A DNA stretch of 64,000 bases from contig OZ244720.1 in the NCBI GenBank assembly GCA_965219085.1, forward strand, positions 2,016,001 to 2,080,000. Direction: 5' to 3'. The notes beneath the pieces were generated by a model, which was not told the origin of the DNA, did not search any database, and worked only from the letters and a program-made list of their open reading frames with translations. A program made the translations under genes and the position numbers. The stretch comes from Dehalococcoidia bacterium (lineage in GTDB: Bacteria > Chloroflexota > Dehalococcoidia > UBA2979). Shown here in pieces: positions 20,444-30,305 of the stretch. Numbering within the stretch: the first letter of the stretch is position 1; each line of letters opens with the position of its first letter.

Positions 20444-21343
20444 TCAGTCCGCCTGCAGCTCCGCGAGGTAGTCCGCGGCGAAGCGCTGTGCCAGTTCCGG
20501 GGCATCCTCGAGCTGGCGCGGATGCAGCCCGATGATCGCGTGATTCACCCCCGACTCGCGCGCGGCGTGTAGGCGCTCGGCGGTCTGCTCCAGCCGGTCG
20601 GCCGCGAGCGCGCCGACGTTGTTCATCGCGATCATCAGCGCGGCCGGGTCGCGGCCGGCGCGCGAGGCCGCCTCGCGCGCTGGCGTCATCGCCTCCTCGG
20701 CGCGGTTGAGGTAGCCGGCGTGGGCGAGCCAGCCGTCGCCGAGCTCGCCGATGCGGCGCATCTGCTGGGGGCTGTCGCCGCCGATCCAGATCGGCAGGTG
20801 CCGCGGCGGCAGCGGGCGCGCGGTCCAGCCGTCGACGGTGTGGAACTCGGTCTCGAGGCCGTCCACCCACTCCTCGTCGAGCAGCGCGCGGATGACGCGC
20901 ACGCTCGCCTCGAAGCGGTCACCGCGGCGGTTCGTGGGCATGCCGAGGACTTCCATCTCCTCGCGCGCCCAGCCCATGCCGGCGCCGAGCAGGAAGCGCC
21001 CGCCCGCGAGGTGGTCGATGCTCGCGACCATCTTCGCCGTGTAGGCGGCGCTGCGGTAGTTGAGCACCAGCACGGAAGTGCCGAGCCCGATCGTGCTCGT
21101 CACGCCCGCGACGAACGTCAGCTCCGTCAGCGGCTCGATGATCGAGTGGTCGACGTACGTGCGGGGCGGCACGACGCCGTCGGGCGCGTACGGGTACGGC
21201 GAGCGCCACTCGCGCGGGAACATGACGTGGTCGTTGACCCACAGCGCGTCGTAGCCGGCGTCCTCCGCCGCGCGCGCATGCCGCAGCACGAGGTCGCGCG
21301 AAGCCGCTTCGCCGAGCTGTGGCAGTTGCACTCCTACCTGCAT
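20444..21343 (-). CDS. LLM-class (probably F420-dependent) oxidoreductase
   Basis: GYDALWVNDHV, LGTSVLVL, SIDHLAGGRFLLGAGMGW, PIWIGG. Confidence 0.88.
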   Translation of the reverse strand: MQVGVQLPQLGEAASRDLVLRHARAAEDAGYDALWVNDHVMFPREWRSPYPYAPDGVVPPRTYVDHSIIEPLTELTFVAGVTSTIGLGTSVLVLNYRSAAYTAKMVASIDHLAGGRFLLGAGMGWAREEMEVLGMPTNRRGDRFEASVRVIRALLDEEWVDGLETEFHTVDGWTARPLPPRHLPIWIGGDSPQQMRRIGELGDGWLAHAGYLNRAEEAMTPAREAASRAGRDPAALMIAMNNVGALAADRLEQTAERLHAARESGVNHAIIGLHPRQLEDAPELAQRFAADYLAELQAD

Positions 21344-21543
21344 CACGCCTCCGTTCGCGTCGCGAGGAACGTATGGAGCGCGCGCGCCCGGCGTCAAGGC
21401 GTCCCCGCGAGCAATGCAAGCCCGAGCGCACGCCGCTACGATGCGCTCAGGCCGCACCCCGCGCTGTGGCTTCGGGCGCGCCGCGCGCACGGACCTCGCA
21501 CGCGGGCGGCAGCGCGCGGCCACCTGGGGAAGGACGGATAGCG

Positions 21544-22260
21544 ATGCACGAGGCGCTCACGGTGGAGAAGACTGGTGGGATCGCGACCTTCACGATCACG
21601 AGGCCGCGCGTCAACGCGCTCAGCCTCGACCTCCTCGAATCGTTCGCCGAGGAGTTGCACAGCGCCGCCGACGATCCCGACATCATGGTCGCGGTGTGGC
21701 GCAGCGGCCTGCCGAACATCTTCTGCGCCGGCTTCGACCTCAACGACAGCGGCCCCAGTTCGGCGCACCACATGCCCGGCGAGCGCACCGTGCGCGTGCG
21801 CAACGCGCAGACGGCGCTGCTCGACATCCCGATCCCGATCATCGTGGCCGTGAACGGGCCGGCGGTCGGGCTCGGCCTGCTCATGCCGGCGCTGTGCGAC
21901 ATCGTGGTGGCCGGGCGCAGTGCGCGCTTCGGGCTGCCCGAGATCCAGATCGGCGCCATCGGCGGCGCCGGCCATGCGCGCCGCATCCTGCCCGAGCCCG
22001 TCCTGCGCTACATGATGCTGACCGGCCGCCGCGTCACGCCCGAGTACCTCCAGCAGTGCGGCGCGATCGCGCTCGTCGTCGACGACGACCAGCTCGAGGC
22101 GGAGACGATGGCGATCGCGCGCGAGATCACGACCTACGACCCGGTGGTCGTCCGCAACAACAAGATCGCGCTGGAGATGCTGCGAGGCGTCGACGACGTC
22201 GCCACCGTGTACGCGATCGAGCACAAGTGGGGCGCGGCGATCCGCGCCTCCCGCGAGTAA
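21544..22260 (+). CDS. Enoyl-CoA hydratase/isomerase family
   Basis: FCAGFDL, AVNGPAVGLG, FGLPEIQIG. Confidence 0.9.
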   Translation: MHEALTVEKTGGIATFTITRPRVNALSLDLLESFAEELHSAADDPDIMVAVWRSGLPNIFCAGFDLNDSGPSSAHHMPGERTVRVRNAQTALLDIPIPIIVAVNGPAVGLGLLMPALCDIVVAGRSARFGLPEIQIGAIGGAGHARRILPEPVLRYMMLTGRRVTPEYLQQCGAIALVVDDDQLEAETMAIAREITTYDPVVVRNNKIALEMLRGVDDVATVYAIEHKWGAAIRASRE

Positions 22261-22272
22261 CGAGGAGCCTCG

Positions 22273-23508
22273 ATGCCGAAGGCCCTCGCGGGCTACCGCA
22301 TCTGCGACTTCACCGGCCAGCTGGCGGGCGCCGGGGCGACGCGCCACCTCGCCGCGTTCGGCGCCGAGGTGATCCGTATCGAGGACCCCGTGAATGAGGG
22401 GCGCTGGGACATCCTCCGCGGCCAGCCGCCGTACGTGGATGAGCGCCGCGGGATCAACCTCGGCGGTTCGTTCAACAACCACAACGTGGGGAAGCTCGGC
22501 ATCACGCTCAACCTCCGCACCGAGCGCGGCAAGGAGCTGCTGACCGAGCTGGTCAAGGCGTCCGACGTGGTATCGGAGAACTTCTCGGCAGGCGTGATGG
22601 ACCGGCTCGGATTCGGCTACGAGCAGTTGCAGGCCATCAAGTCCGACGTCATCTACGTCTCGAACAGCGGCTTCGGGAAGCAGGGGCCGTACGGCACGTA
22701 CAAGACGTGGGGCCCGATCGTGCAGGCGGTGGCCGGGCTCACGTGGACCTCGAAGCTGCGCGACCAGCCGCCGGCCGGGTGGGGTTACTCCTACATGGAC
22801 CACACCGGCGGCTACTACATGTGCATCGCCATCCTCGCCGCGCTGCATCACCGCAACGTCACCGGCGAGGGCCAGTGGGTCGACATGTCCTGCACCGACG
22901 CGGGCGCGACGCTGACCGGCCCCGCGATCCTCGACTACACCGTCAATGGCCGCCCGACGCGCCGTGACGGCCTGCCCGACTCGAACCACAACCGCTGGCC
23001 CGCGATGGCCCCGCACGCCGTCTACCCAGCCGAGGGGGAGGACAACTGGATCGCCATCGCCTGCCGCGACGAGGCGGACTGGCACGCGCTGACCGCCGAG
23101 GTCGCCGAGCCGTGGACCGCCGACCCGCGTTTCGCGACCCTCGACGACCGTATCGAGCACGAGGCGGCGCTCGACGAGGCATTGGGCGGCTGGACTGCGT
23201 CGCGCGAGGCGTTCGCCACGGCTGAGCGCCTCCGCGCGGCGGGCGTGCCCACCTCGGCGGTCGCGCGCCCCGAGGACCGCATCGACCACGACGAGAACAC
23301 GAGCGCGTGGGGGCTGTGGCCGGAGGTGCGGCAGACCGACATGGGCGCGGTGCGCGTCGATGGCGTGCCCGCGCACCTGAGCGAGACCGAATGGGAGCTC
23401 GGACGCGGCGCACCGAACCTCGGCGAGCACAACGAGGAGGTCTACGGCGGACTGCTCGGCCTCGACGTCGGCGAGATCGCGAGCCTGCGCGAAGAGGGCG
23501 TGATTTGA
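22273..23508 (+). CDS. Class III CoA-transferase, catalytic-type subunit
   Basis: CaiB motifs and YSYMDH Asp; clear paralog of 3790-5061 (shared TWGP..QA..GLT, DQPPAGWGYSY). Confidence 0.9.
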   Translation: MPKALAGYRICDFTGQLAGAGATRHLAAFGAEVIRIEDPVNEGRWDILRGQPPYVDERRGINLGGSFNNHNVGKLGITLNLRTERGKELLTELVKASDVVSENFSAGVMDRLGFGYEQLQAIKSDVIYVSNSGFGKQGPYGTYKTWGPIVQAVAGLTWTSKLRDQPPAGWGYSYMDHTGGYYMCIAILAALHHRNVTGEGQWVDMSCTDAGATLTGPAILDYTVNGRPTRRDGLPDSNHNRWPAMAPHAVYPAEGEDNWIAIACRDEADWHALTAEVAEPWTADPRFATLDDRIEHEAALDEALGGWTASREAFATAERLRAAGVPTSAVARPEDRIDHDENTSAWGLWPEVRQTDMGAVRVDGVPAHLSETEWELGRGAPNLGEHNEEVYGGLLGLDVGEIASLREEGVI

Positions 23509-24758
23509 CCGGCCCGAACGCTCCGATGGGACCGATGCACGGCCTGCGCGTGATCGAGCTGTGCGAGGAGATCGGCGAGTTCGCCGGCAAGCTCCTCGCC
23601 GACATGGGCGCCGACGTCGTCAAGATCGAGCCGCCCGGCGGCTCGCGCACGCGCTCCTACGCGCCATTCCTCGACGACGTTCCGCACCCCGACCGCAGCC
23701 TCTTCTTCTGGCACTACAACACCAGCAAGCGCTCCGTCGCGCTCGACCTCGACGGCGAGGTGGGGCGCGAGGCGTTCCGCAAGCTCGTGGCCGGCGCCGA
23801 CGTGCTCGTCGAGGACCGCGCGCCCGGCTGGCTGGCGGAGCGTGGCCTCGACTACGAGGACCTGCGCGGCGGCAACCCCGGCCTGATCCACTGCGCGATC
23901 ACGCCCTTCGGGCGCTCCGGCCCGCGCGCAGGCGACCCCGCGACGGACCTCACGATCCTCGCGGGGGCCGGGCCTGCCTGGTCATGCGGCTACGACGACC
24001 ACTCGATCCCGCCCGTGCGCGGCGGCGGCAACCAGGGCTACCAGACAGGCTGCCACTGGGCGCTGATCAGCATCCTCACCGCCGTGCTCTACCGCGACGG
24101 CGGCGGCGCGGGCCAGTTCATCGACGTGAGCCTGCACGCCGCCTCGAACGTCACGACCGAGGCGGGCAGCTACCAGTGGCTCGTCGCGCGTGAGACCGTG
24201 CAGCGCCAGACCGGACGCCACGCCGGCGTGACGCCCTCGGGGCCGACGCAGGTACAGGCGAAGGACGGCGTATGGATGAACACCGGGCTGTTCCCGCGCC
24301 GCCCGCACGAGTTCCGCATCCTCATCGACTGGATGCAGGAGCTCGGCCTGTTCGACGAGTACGAGCAGTCGCCGCTGCTCGAGACGGCCGCCGGCATGGA
24401 TCGCATGCTCGATATGGCCCGCGCCGCCGAGGACGAGGAAGAAGCAGCGCTCCTGAGCGCGGGCCGTGAGGCGATGATCTTCCTCGTGCAGCGCCTCGAC
24501 GCCTACGAGTTCTTCTCGGGCGCGCAGGAGCGCGGCTTCCAGGTCGGCATCATCTACGCACCCGAGGACGTGATCGAAGACCCGCACTTCGTCGCACGAG
24601 GCTTCCCGACGGAGGTCGAGCACCCGGAACTGGGCCGCTCGTTCGTCTACCCCGGCGCGCCGTACGCCTTCCGCGGCTCGCCGTGGGCGATCACGCGCCG
24701 CCCACCACTGCCCGGCGAGCACACCGCGGAGGTGCTCGCCCAACTCGACAGCGCCTGA
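23505..24758 (+). CDS. Class III CoA-transferase, partner subunit
   Basis: GKLLADMGADVVKIEPP, NTSKRS, GYDDH..PP.RGG; paralog of 5058-6317. TTG start overlaps the upstream stop (alternative ATG 23526). Confidence 0.9.
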   Translation: MTGPNAPMGPMHGLRVIELCEEIGEFAGKLLADMGADVVKIEPPGGSRTRSYAPFLDDVPHPDRSLFFWHYNTSKRSVALDLDGEVGREAFRKLVAGADVLVEDRAPGWLAERGLDYEDLRGGNPGLIHCAITPFGRSGPRAGDPATDLTILAGAGPAWSCGYDDHSIPPVRGGGNQGYQTGCHWALISILTAVLYRDGGGAGQFIDVSLHAASNVTTEAGSYQWLVARETVQRQTGRHAGVTPSGPTQVQAKDGVWMNTGLFPRRPHEFRILIDWMQELGLFDEYEQSPLLETAAGMDRMLDMARAAEDEEEAALLSAGREAMIFLVQRLDAYEFFSGAQERGFQVGIIYAPEDVIEDPHFVARGFPTEVEHPELGRSFVYPGAPYAFRGSPWAITRRPPLPGEHTAEVLAQLDSA

Positions 24759-24768
24759 GGACAGCACC

Positions 24769-27300
24769 ATGACCGCATCACCCACGACCAACGGACAGGC
24801 CAGGCCCCTCGCGGGCATTCGCGTGCTCGACCTCGCCACCGGCTACTGCGAGATCACCGGTCGGCTGCTCGCCGACATGGGCGCCGAGGTGATCAAGATC
24901 GAGCCGCCCGGCGGACACCCCTCGCGCCGTCATCCGCCGTTCGTCGACGGCCGCGAGGGCGAGCTCGCCGGCTCGCTGCACTGGGCCGCCTACGCCATCG
25001 GCAAGCGCAGCATCGTGCTCGACCTCGACGACGAGGTCGACCGCGCGCGGCTGCGCGAGCTCGCGCGCGGCGCCGACGTGCTCGTGGAGTCGCTCGAGCC
25101 GGGCGCGCTCGACGCGCTGGGGCTCGGCTACGCGGACCTGGGCGCGCTCAACCCCGCGTTGGTCTACGCCTCGATCAGCCCGTTCGGGCAGAGCGGCCCG
25201 CACGCGCACCGGCCGGCCACCGACCTCACGTTGCAGGCAGCGGGTGGGCTCGTCTCGATGCAGGGCGACCGCGACCGGCCGCCGATCCCCGTCGGCTTCC
25301 CGCAGGCTGGCCTGCACGCGGGCGTGCAGGCCGCCGCCGACATCGTCGTCGCGCTGAATGAGCGCGACCACTCCGGGCTCGGCCAGCACCTCGACACCTC
25401 GATGCAGGCGTGCATCGTGTGGACGCTGCTCGACGCGACCGGCTACCCGCCGAACGAGGGCGGCGACAAGCCCGGCTACGGCGACGACCGCTCCAACCCC
25501 GTCCCGCGTCGGACGCCCGGGCTCGACTTGCCGACCATGCTCGAGGTGGCCGACGGGTACACGACGAGCTCGATGGGCGCCGGCCCGCAGATGACGAACA
25601 CCGTGAACCAGGCCGTTGCCTGGATGCTGCGAGACGGCCCCGGGTTCCCCGAACACCTCCGCGGCATCGACTGGCAGCACTGGCACGAGGACTGGGCAGA
25701 GCCCGGCGTTGCGCCCGAGAGCGCGCCGCTGGTGAACGAGGCGCTCCAGCACGTCCTCGCCTTCCTGCGCTCCAGGACAAAGGCCGAGCTGCACCCGTGG
25801 TCGCTCGAGAGCAAGGCGCTCGTCGCGAAGATCGCGACGGCCAGGGACCTGCTCGAAGACCCGCAGCTCGAGGCGCGCGACTACTGGCAGCAAGTCGGCG
25901 GGCACACCGTGCCCGGCCCCTTCGTGCGCCTCTCGCGCACGCCGATCGGCTCGGTCGAGCCTGCTCCGGCGCTCGGCGACGGCGCTGCGCTCCTCGACAC
26001 GCCGCGCGCGCTGGCCGTCAACGGCGCGCGATCCTCGAACGGCTCGACCACCCCGGACGGCTCGACCACCTCGGACGGCCGGGGCGGGCGGCGCCCGCGG
26101 ACGTTCGAGGGGCTGAAGGTCGCCGACTTCTCGTGGTACGGCGTGGGGCCGCTCATCGCCAAGGCGCTCGCGGATCACGGGGCGACGGTGGTGCACGTGG
26201 AGTCCGAGCGGCACTTCGACGGCCTGCGCCTGGGGCCGCCATTCAAGGACGGCGAGTTCGACATCAACAAGGCGCAGTTCTTCGCCGACTACAACTCCTC
26301 GAAGCTCGGCATGTCGATCGACCTCTCGCACGAGGTCGGCCGTGAGATCGCGCGCGACCTCACGCAGTGGGCTGACGTCATGGTGGAGAGCTTCACGCCC
26401 GACACGATGGAGCGTCACGGCCTCGACTGGGCCGTGCTCGGCCCCGACCACCCCGACCTCATCATGGTCCGCACCTGCCTCCGAGGGCAGACCGGGCCGG
26501 AGCGCCGCTACACGGGCTTCGGCATGCAGGGCGCGGCACTGGCCGGGCTCCACGCCGTCACCGGCTGGGCGGACCGCCCGCCCGCCGGCCCGTACGGCGC
26601 GTACACCGACTTCATCAACCCGCGCTTCGGGCTCCTCGCCGTCGCGTCCGCGATCTACGAGCGGCGTCGCAGCGGCAGGGGACAGCTCATCGACCTCTCG
26701 CAGGGCGAGGCGGCGATCCACTTCGCCGCGCCGCTCGTGCTCGACTACGCCGCGAACGGCCGCGTCGCCGGACCCGCCGGTCACGACTCGATGACCGACG
26801 CGCCGAACGGCGTCTACGCCTGCCGCGGCGTCGAGCGCTACGTCGCCATCTCGTGCGCGACGACCGGGCAGTGGCGCGCACTGCGCGACCTCGCCGGCCT
26901 CGAGGGCTTCGATGGGGTGGAGTACGAGACGTACGCGGGCCGGCAGGCCGACCGTGCGCGCATCGACGCCGCACTCGCGGCGTGGTGCGCGGACCAGGAC
27001 GGGCACGAGCTGGCGGCGCGGCTCGCCGACGCGGGCGTGCCCGCCTCGGCGGTGCTGCGCGCGACGGACCTCTACGAGGACGCGCAGCTCGCGCACCGCG
27101 GCTTCTTCGTGACGCTCGACCACCCGGCGATGGGCCCGACGCCGTACGACGGCCTCGCGACGCAGTACTCGGGATCGCCCGGCAGGCTCAGCAAGGCCGC
27201 GCCGATGTTCGGCGAAGACACGCACTACGTGCTGACCGAGCTGCTCGGCGCGAGCCCCGAGGACGCGGCGCGCTTCGCTGAGAGCGGCGCGCTCACGTAG
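24769..27300 (+). CDS. Fused double-domain class III CoA-transferase
   Basis: Two CaiB domains (PLAGIRVLDL...; TFEGLKVADFS...) joined by a Ser/Thr/Gly linker. Confidence 0.92.
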   Translation: MTASPTTNGQARPLAGIRVLDLATGYCEITGRLLADMGAEVIKIEPPGGHPSRRHPPFVDGREGELAGSLHWAAYAIGKRSIVLDLDDEVDRARLRELARGADVLVESLEPGALDALGLGYADLGALNPALVYASISPFGQSGPHAHRPATDLTLQAAGGLVSMQGDRDRPPIPVGFPQAGLHAGVQAAADIVVALNERDHSGLGQHLDTSMQACIVWTLLDATGYPPNEGGDKPGYGDDRSNPVPRRTPGLDLPTMLEVADGYTTSSMGAGPQMTNTVNQAVAWMLRDGPGFPEHLRGIDWQHWHEDWAEPGVAPESAPLVNEALQHVLAFLRSRTKAELHPWSLESKALVAKIATARDLLEDPQLEARDYWQQVGGHTVPGPFVRLSRTPIGSVEPAPALGDGAALLDTPRALAVNGARSSNGSTTPDGSTTSDGRGGRRPRTFEGLKVADFSWYGVGPLIAKALADHGATVVHVESERHFDGLRLGPPFKDGEFDINKAQFFADYNSSKLGMSIDLSHEVGREIARDLTQWADVMVESFTPDTMERHGLDWAVLGPDHPDLIMVRTCLRGQTGPERRYTGFGMQGAALAGLHAVTGWADRPPAGPYGAYTDFINPRFGLLAVASAIYERRRSGRGQLIDLSQGEAAIHFAAPLVLDYAANGRVAGPAGHDSMTDAPNGVYACRGVERYVAISCATTGQWRALRDLAGLEGFDGVEYETYAGRQADRARIDAALAAWCADQDGHELAARLADAGVPASAVLRATDLYEDAQLAHRGFFVTLDHPAMGPTPYDGLATQYSGSPGRLSKAAPMFGEDTHYVLTELLGASPEDAARFAESGALT

Positions 27301-27388
27301 CAGGCCGCCCATGGACGCCCTGTCTACAATCGGGGCGGCCGGACGCGTCGCGCCGCAGCGGACGCGGCGGGCAGGCGAAGGAGGACCC

Positions 27389-28561
27389 GTGGCGGAGACG
27401 ATGCGAGGGAAGACGGCGATCGTCGGTCTCGCCGAGACCACCTACTACAGGCGCGGTGGCGCCGAGGACGCCGAGTTCAAGCTCGGCCTCCAGGCCGTGC
27501 AGGCGGCCGCCGAGGACGCCGGCATCGACGTCCGCGACATCGACGGCTTCTGTTCCTACAGCAATGACCGCAACGACCCGACGCGCTTCCATTCCGCGCT
27601 CGGCCTGCGGGACCTCAAGTGGTCCTCGATGGTCTGGGGCGGTGGTGGCGGCGGCTGCGCGGGCGCCGTCGCGATGGCCGCCGCGGCGGTACACGCCGGG
27701 ATCGCGACGAACGTCGTGGTCTTCCGCGCGCTCGCGCAGGGCCAGTTCGGGCGCTTCGGCGCCGCGAGCGCGTCCGGGCCGCTGGAGGGCGCGCCCGCGT
27801 ACACGCAGCCGTTCGGGCAGATGTCGCCGGCGCAGTCGTACGCGATGAAGGTCACGCGCTTCATGCACGACCACGGCGTGCAGCAGAGCGCGCTGCGCGC
27901 CGTCTCGCTCGCGAGCTACTACCACGCCCAGCGCAACCCGCGCGCCGTCATGTACGGCCGCCCGCTCGACGAGGAGCGCTACGACAACTCGCGCTGGATC
28001 GTCGAGCCGTTCCACCTCTACGACTGCTGCCAGGAGAACGACGGCGCCGCCGCGGTCATCGTGACCACGGCCGAGCGCGCCCGAGACATGAAGAATAAGC
28101 CCGTCTACATCCTCGCCGGTGGGCAGGGCTCGCAGTACCGGCAGTCGGCGTGGGCGCACAACGCACCCGACTACGGCACCTCGAACTTCAAGAACAACGC
28201 GGCCTCGCTGTTCGACATGGCGCAGGTCAAGCCCGAGGAGGTCGACGTCGCGCAGGTCTACGAGAACTTCACCGGCGGCGTCGTGATGAGCATCGTCGAG
28301 CACGGCCTCATCCCCGTGGAGCAGGCCAACGAGGAGTTCACGCTCGACAACTTCCGGTTCGACGGCGGCAAGCTGCCGCTCAACACCTCGGGCGGCAACC
28401 TCGCCGAGTGCTACATGCACGGCTTCGAGCTGGTGATCGAGGCGGCGCGGCAGGTCCGCGGCGAGTCGACCGCGCAGGTCGACGACCCGGAGATCTCGCT
28501 CGTCGCGGGCGGGCCGATGGTCGAGCCGACGAGCAACCTGCTGCTCGGCGCGCAGGTCTAG
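27389..28561 (+). CDS. Thiolase-superfamily lipid-transfer-like protein (Ltp/SCP2-thiolase type)
   Basis: TAIVGLAET, DCCQENDGAAA, AQVYENF, LNTSGGNLAECYMHG, EAARQVRG. Confidence 0.88.
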   Translation: MAETMRGKTAIVGLAETTYYRRGGAEDAEFKLGLQAVQAAAEDAGIDVRDIDGFCSYSNDRNDPTRFHSALGLRDLKWSSMVWGGGGGGCAGAVAMAAAAVHAGIATNVVVFRALAQGQFGRFGAASASGPLEGAPAYTQPFGQMSPAQSYAMKVTRFMHDHGVQQSALRAVSLASYYHAQRNPRAVMYGRPLDEERYDNSRWIVEPFHLYDCCQENDGAAAVIVTTAERARDMKNKPVYILAGGQGSQYRQSAWAHNAPDYGTSNFKNNAASLFDMAQVKPEEVDVAQVYENFTGGVVMSIVEHGLIPVEQANEEFTLDNFRFDGGKLPLNTSGGNLAECYMHGFELVIEAARQVRGESTAQVDDPEISLVAGGPMVEPTSNLLLGAQV

Positions 28562-28575
28562 GGCGGGAGCGAACC

Positions 28576-29046
28576 ATGGCGAACGCAACCAAAGCCGACG
28601 TCGAGGCGGGCGGCAGCTACTTCCCGACGGCCGTCGCCCTCCCGGTGGCGATGGTGGATGGCCTCGACGCGCCGCACTACGAGGGCAAGGAGCGCGGCGA
28701 GCTGTGGGTGCAGTACTGCACCGCCTGCGAGGCGCACCAGTGGGGCCCCGAGTGGATTTGCCACCGCTGCCTCGGCTACGACCTTGAGTGGCGGCAGGTG
28801 GCGGCCGAGGGCCGGATCTTCTCGTGGGAGCGGATCTGGCACCCCGTCCACCCCGACCTCGCCGAGGCGGTGCCGTACGTCGTGGTGCTGATCGAGCTCC
28901 CGCACGCGGACGACATCCGCATGGTCGGCAACCTCCTCGGCGACCCCGAGGAGGAGATCGTCATTGGTTCGGAGGTCGAGGCGGTGTTCGAGCACCACCC
29001 TGATCACGATCCGGCCTACACTCTCGTGCAGTGGTCCCGGACGTAG
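28576..29046 (+). CDS. Zn-ribbon/OB-fold acyl-CoA-binding protein (DUF35/ChsH2-like)
   Basis: CTAC...CHRC zinc ribbon, VPYVVVLIEL; adjacent to the thiolase-like gene. Confidence 0.88.
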   Translation: MANATKADVEAGGSYFPTAVALPVAMVDGLDAPHYEGKERGELWVQYCTACEAHQWGPEWICHRCLGYDLEWRQVAAEGRIFSWERIWHPVHPDLAEAVPYVVVLIELPHADDIRMVGNLLGDPEEEIVIGSEVEAVFEHHPDHDPAYTLVQWSRT

Positions 29047-29135
29047 GGGACGAACGCAGCAAGATGGACGCGCCGGCCGAGGCCTGAGCGCGGCGACCGC
29101 CCCCGGCACACCCCGGGGCGGGAAAGGATGGGGAC

Positions 29136-30296
29136 ATGGACTTCGAGATGCCGGCGGAGGTGCTCGACTTCCGCAAGCAGGTGCAGGACTTCATCGCCTC
29201 GCACCGCACACCCGAACTCGACGCCGAGATCGCCGAGAGCCACATCCACGGCTACGGCCCCGCGTCGCAGGGCTTCATGCGCGCGATGGCGCAGGAAGGC
29301 CTCGCCGCCGTCGCATGGCCCGAGGAGTACGGCGGCCAGGGCAAGGGCGCGCTCTTCCTGTGGACCCTCGCCGAGGAGTGCGCGCGTGAGGACGTGCCGT
29401 TCGACAACCTCACCTTCATCTCCGTCGGCCCGAGCATCATGCGCAACGGCACGGAGGAGCAGAAGCAGGAGATCCTCCCCAAGGTGCTCAGGGGCGAGAT
29501 CAACTTCGCCCTCGGATACACCGAGCCGAACGCCGGCACCGACCTCGCCTCGCTACAGACGCGCGCCGTCCGCGACGGCGACGAGTGGGTGATCAACGGG
29601 CAGAAGATCTACACCTCGTCTGCCCACCTCGCGACGCACGTCTGGCTCGCGGCGCGGACCGAGCCGGATGCGCCGAAGCATCGCGGCATCTCGACCTTCG
29701 TGCTGCCGCTCAACACCCCCGGCATCACCGTTCGCCCGCTGTGGATCATGGGCGAGGGCCGCACCAACGAGACCTTCTGGGAGGACGTGCGTATCCCCGC
29801 CGACTCGCTGATCGGCGAGGAGAACCGCGGCTGGTACATCGTCAGCGGCGCTCTCGACCTCGAGCGTGTGGCCATCGGCACCTACCGCCCGCTCGAGAAG
29901 ACGGTCGAGGACATGGTGGCGCACATCAAGGAGGCGCGGCCCGAGCTCCAGGACGACGCCTTCGCCCGCCAGGCGGTGGCCGACGCGCTCATGCGCGTCG
30001 AGGTCGCCCGCGCGCTCGCGACGAACAACGCCGCGATGGTGCACAGCGACCTGATCCCGACGATGGAAGCCTCGATGGGCAAGGTCTGGACGACGGACTC
30101 CCGCGAGCGCGTGAACGACGCCTTCATGGACATCCTCGGCCGCACCGGCGGGATGCAGGCCGGCGTCGAGGACGCCCCGCTCGACGGCGCGCTCGATGCG
30201 GCGTGGCGCGGTTCCCCGGTGGGACGTTTCGGCGGAGGCACCAACGACATCCAGCGGCGCATCATCGCGACCCGCGGCCTCGGGCTGCCTCGCTAG
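29136..30296 (+). CDS. Acyl-CoA dehydrogenase (alpha-type subunit)
   Basis: YTEPNAGTDLASL, INGQKIYTS, LDLER, GGGTNDIQRRII. Confidence 0.93.
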   Translation: MDFEMPAEVLDFRKQVQDFIASHRTPELDAEIAESHIHGYGPASQGFMRAMAQEGLAAVAWPEEYGGQGKGALFLWTLAEECAREDVPFDNLTFISVGPSIMRNGTEEQKQEILPKVLRGEINFALGYTEPNAGTDLASLQTRAVRDGDEWVINGQKIYTSSAHLATHVWLAARTEPDAPKHRGISTFVLPLNTPGITVRPLWIMGEGRTNETFWEDVRIPADSLIGEENRGWYIVSGALDLERVAIGTYRPLEKTVEDMVAHIKEARPELQDDAFARQAVADALMRVEVARALATNNAAMVHSDLIPTMEASMGKVWTTDSRERVNDAFMDILGRTGGMQAGVEDAPLDGALDAAWRGSPVGRFGGGTNDIQRRIIATRGLGLPR

Positions 30297-30305
30297 GAGG
30301 ACGAC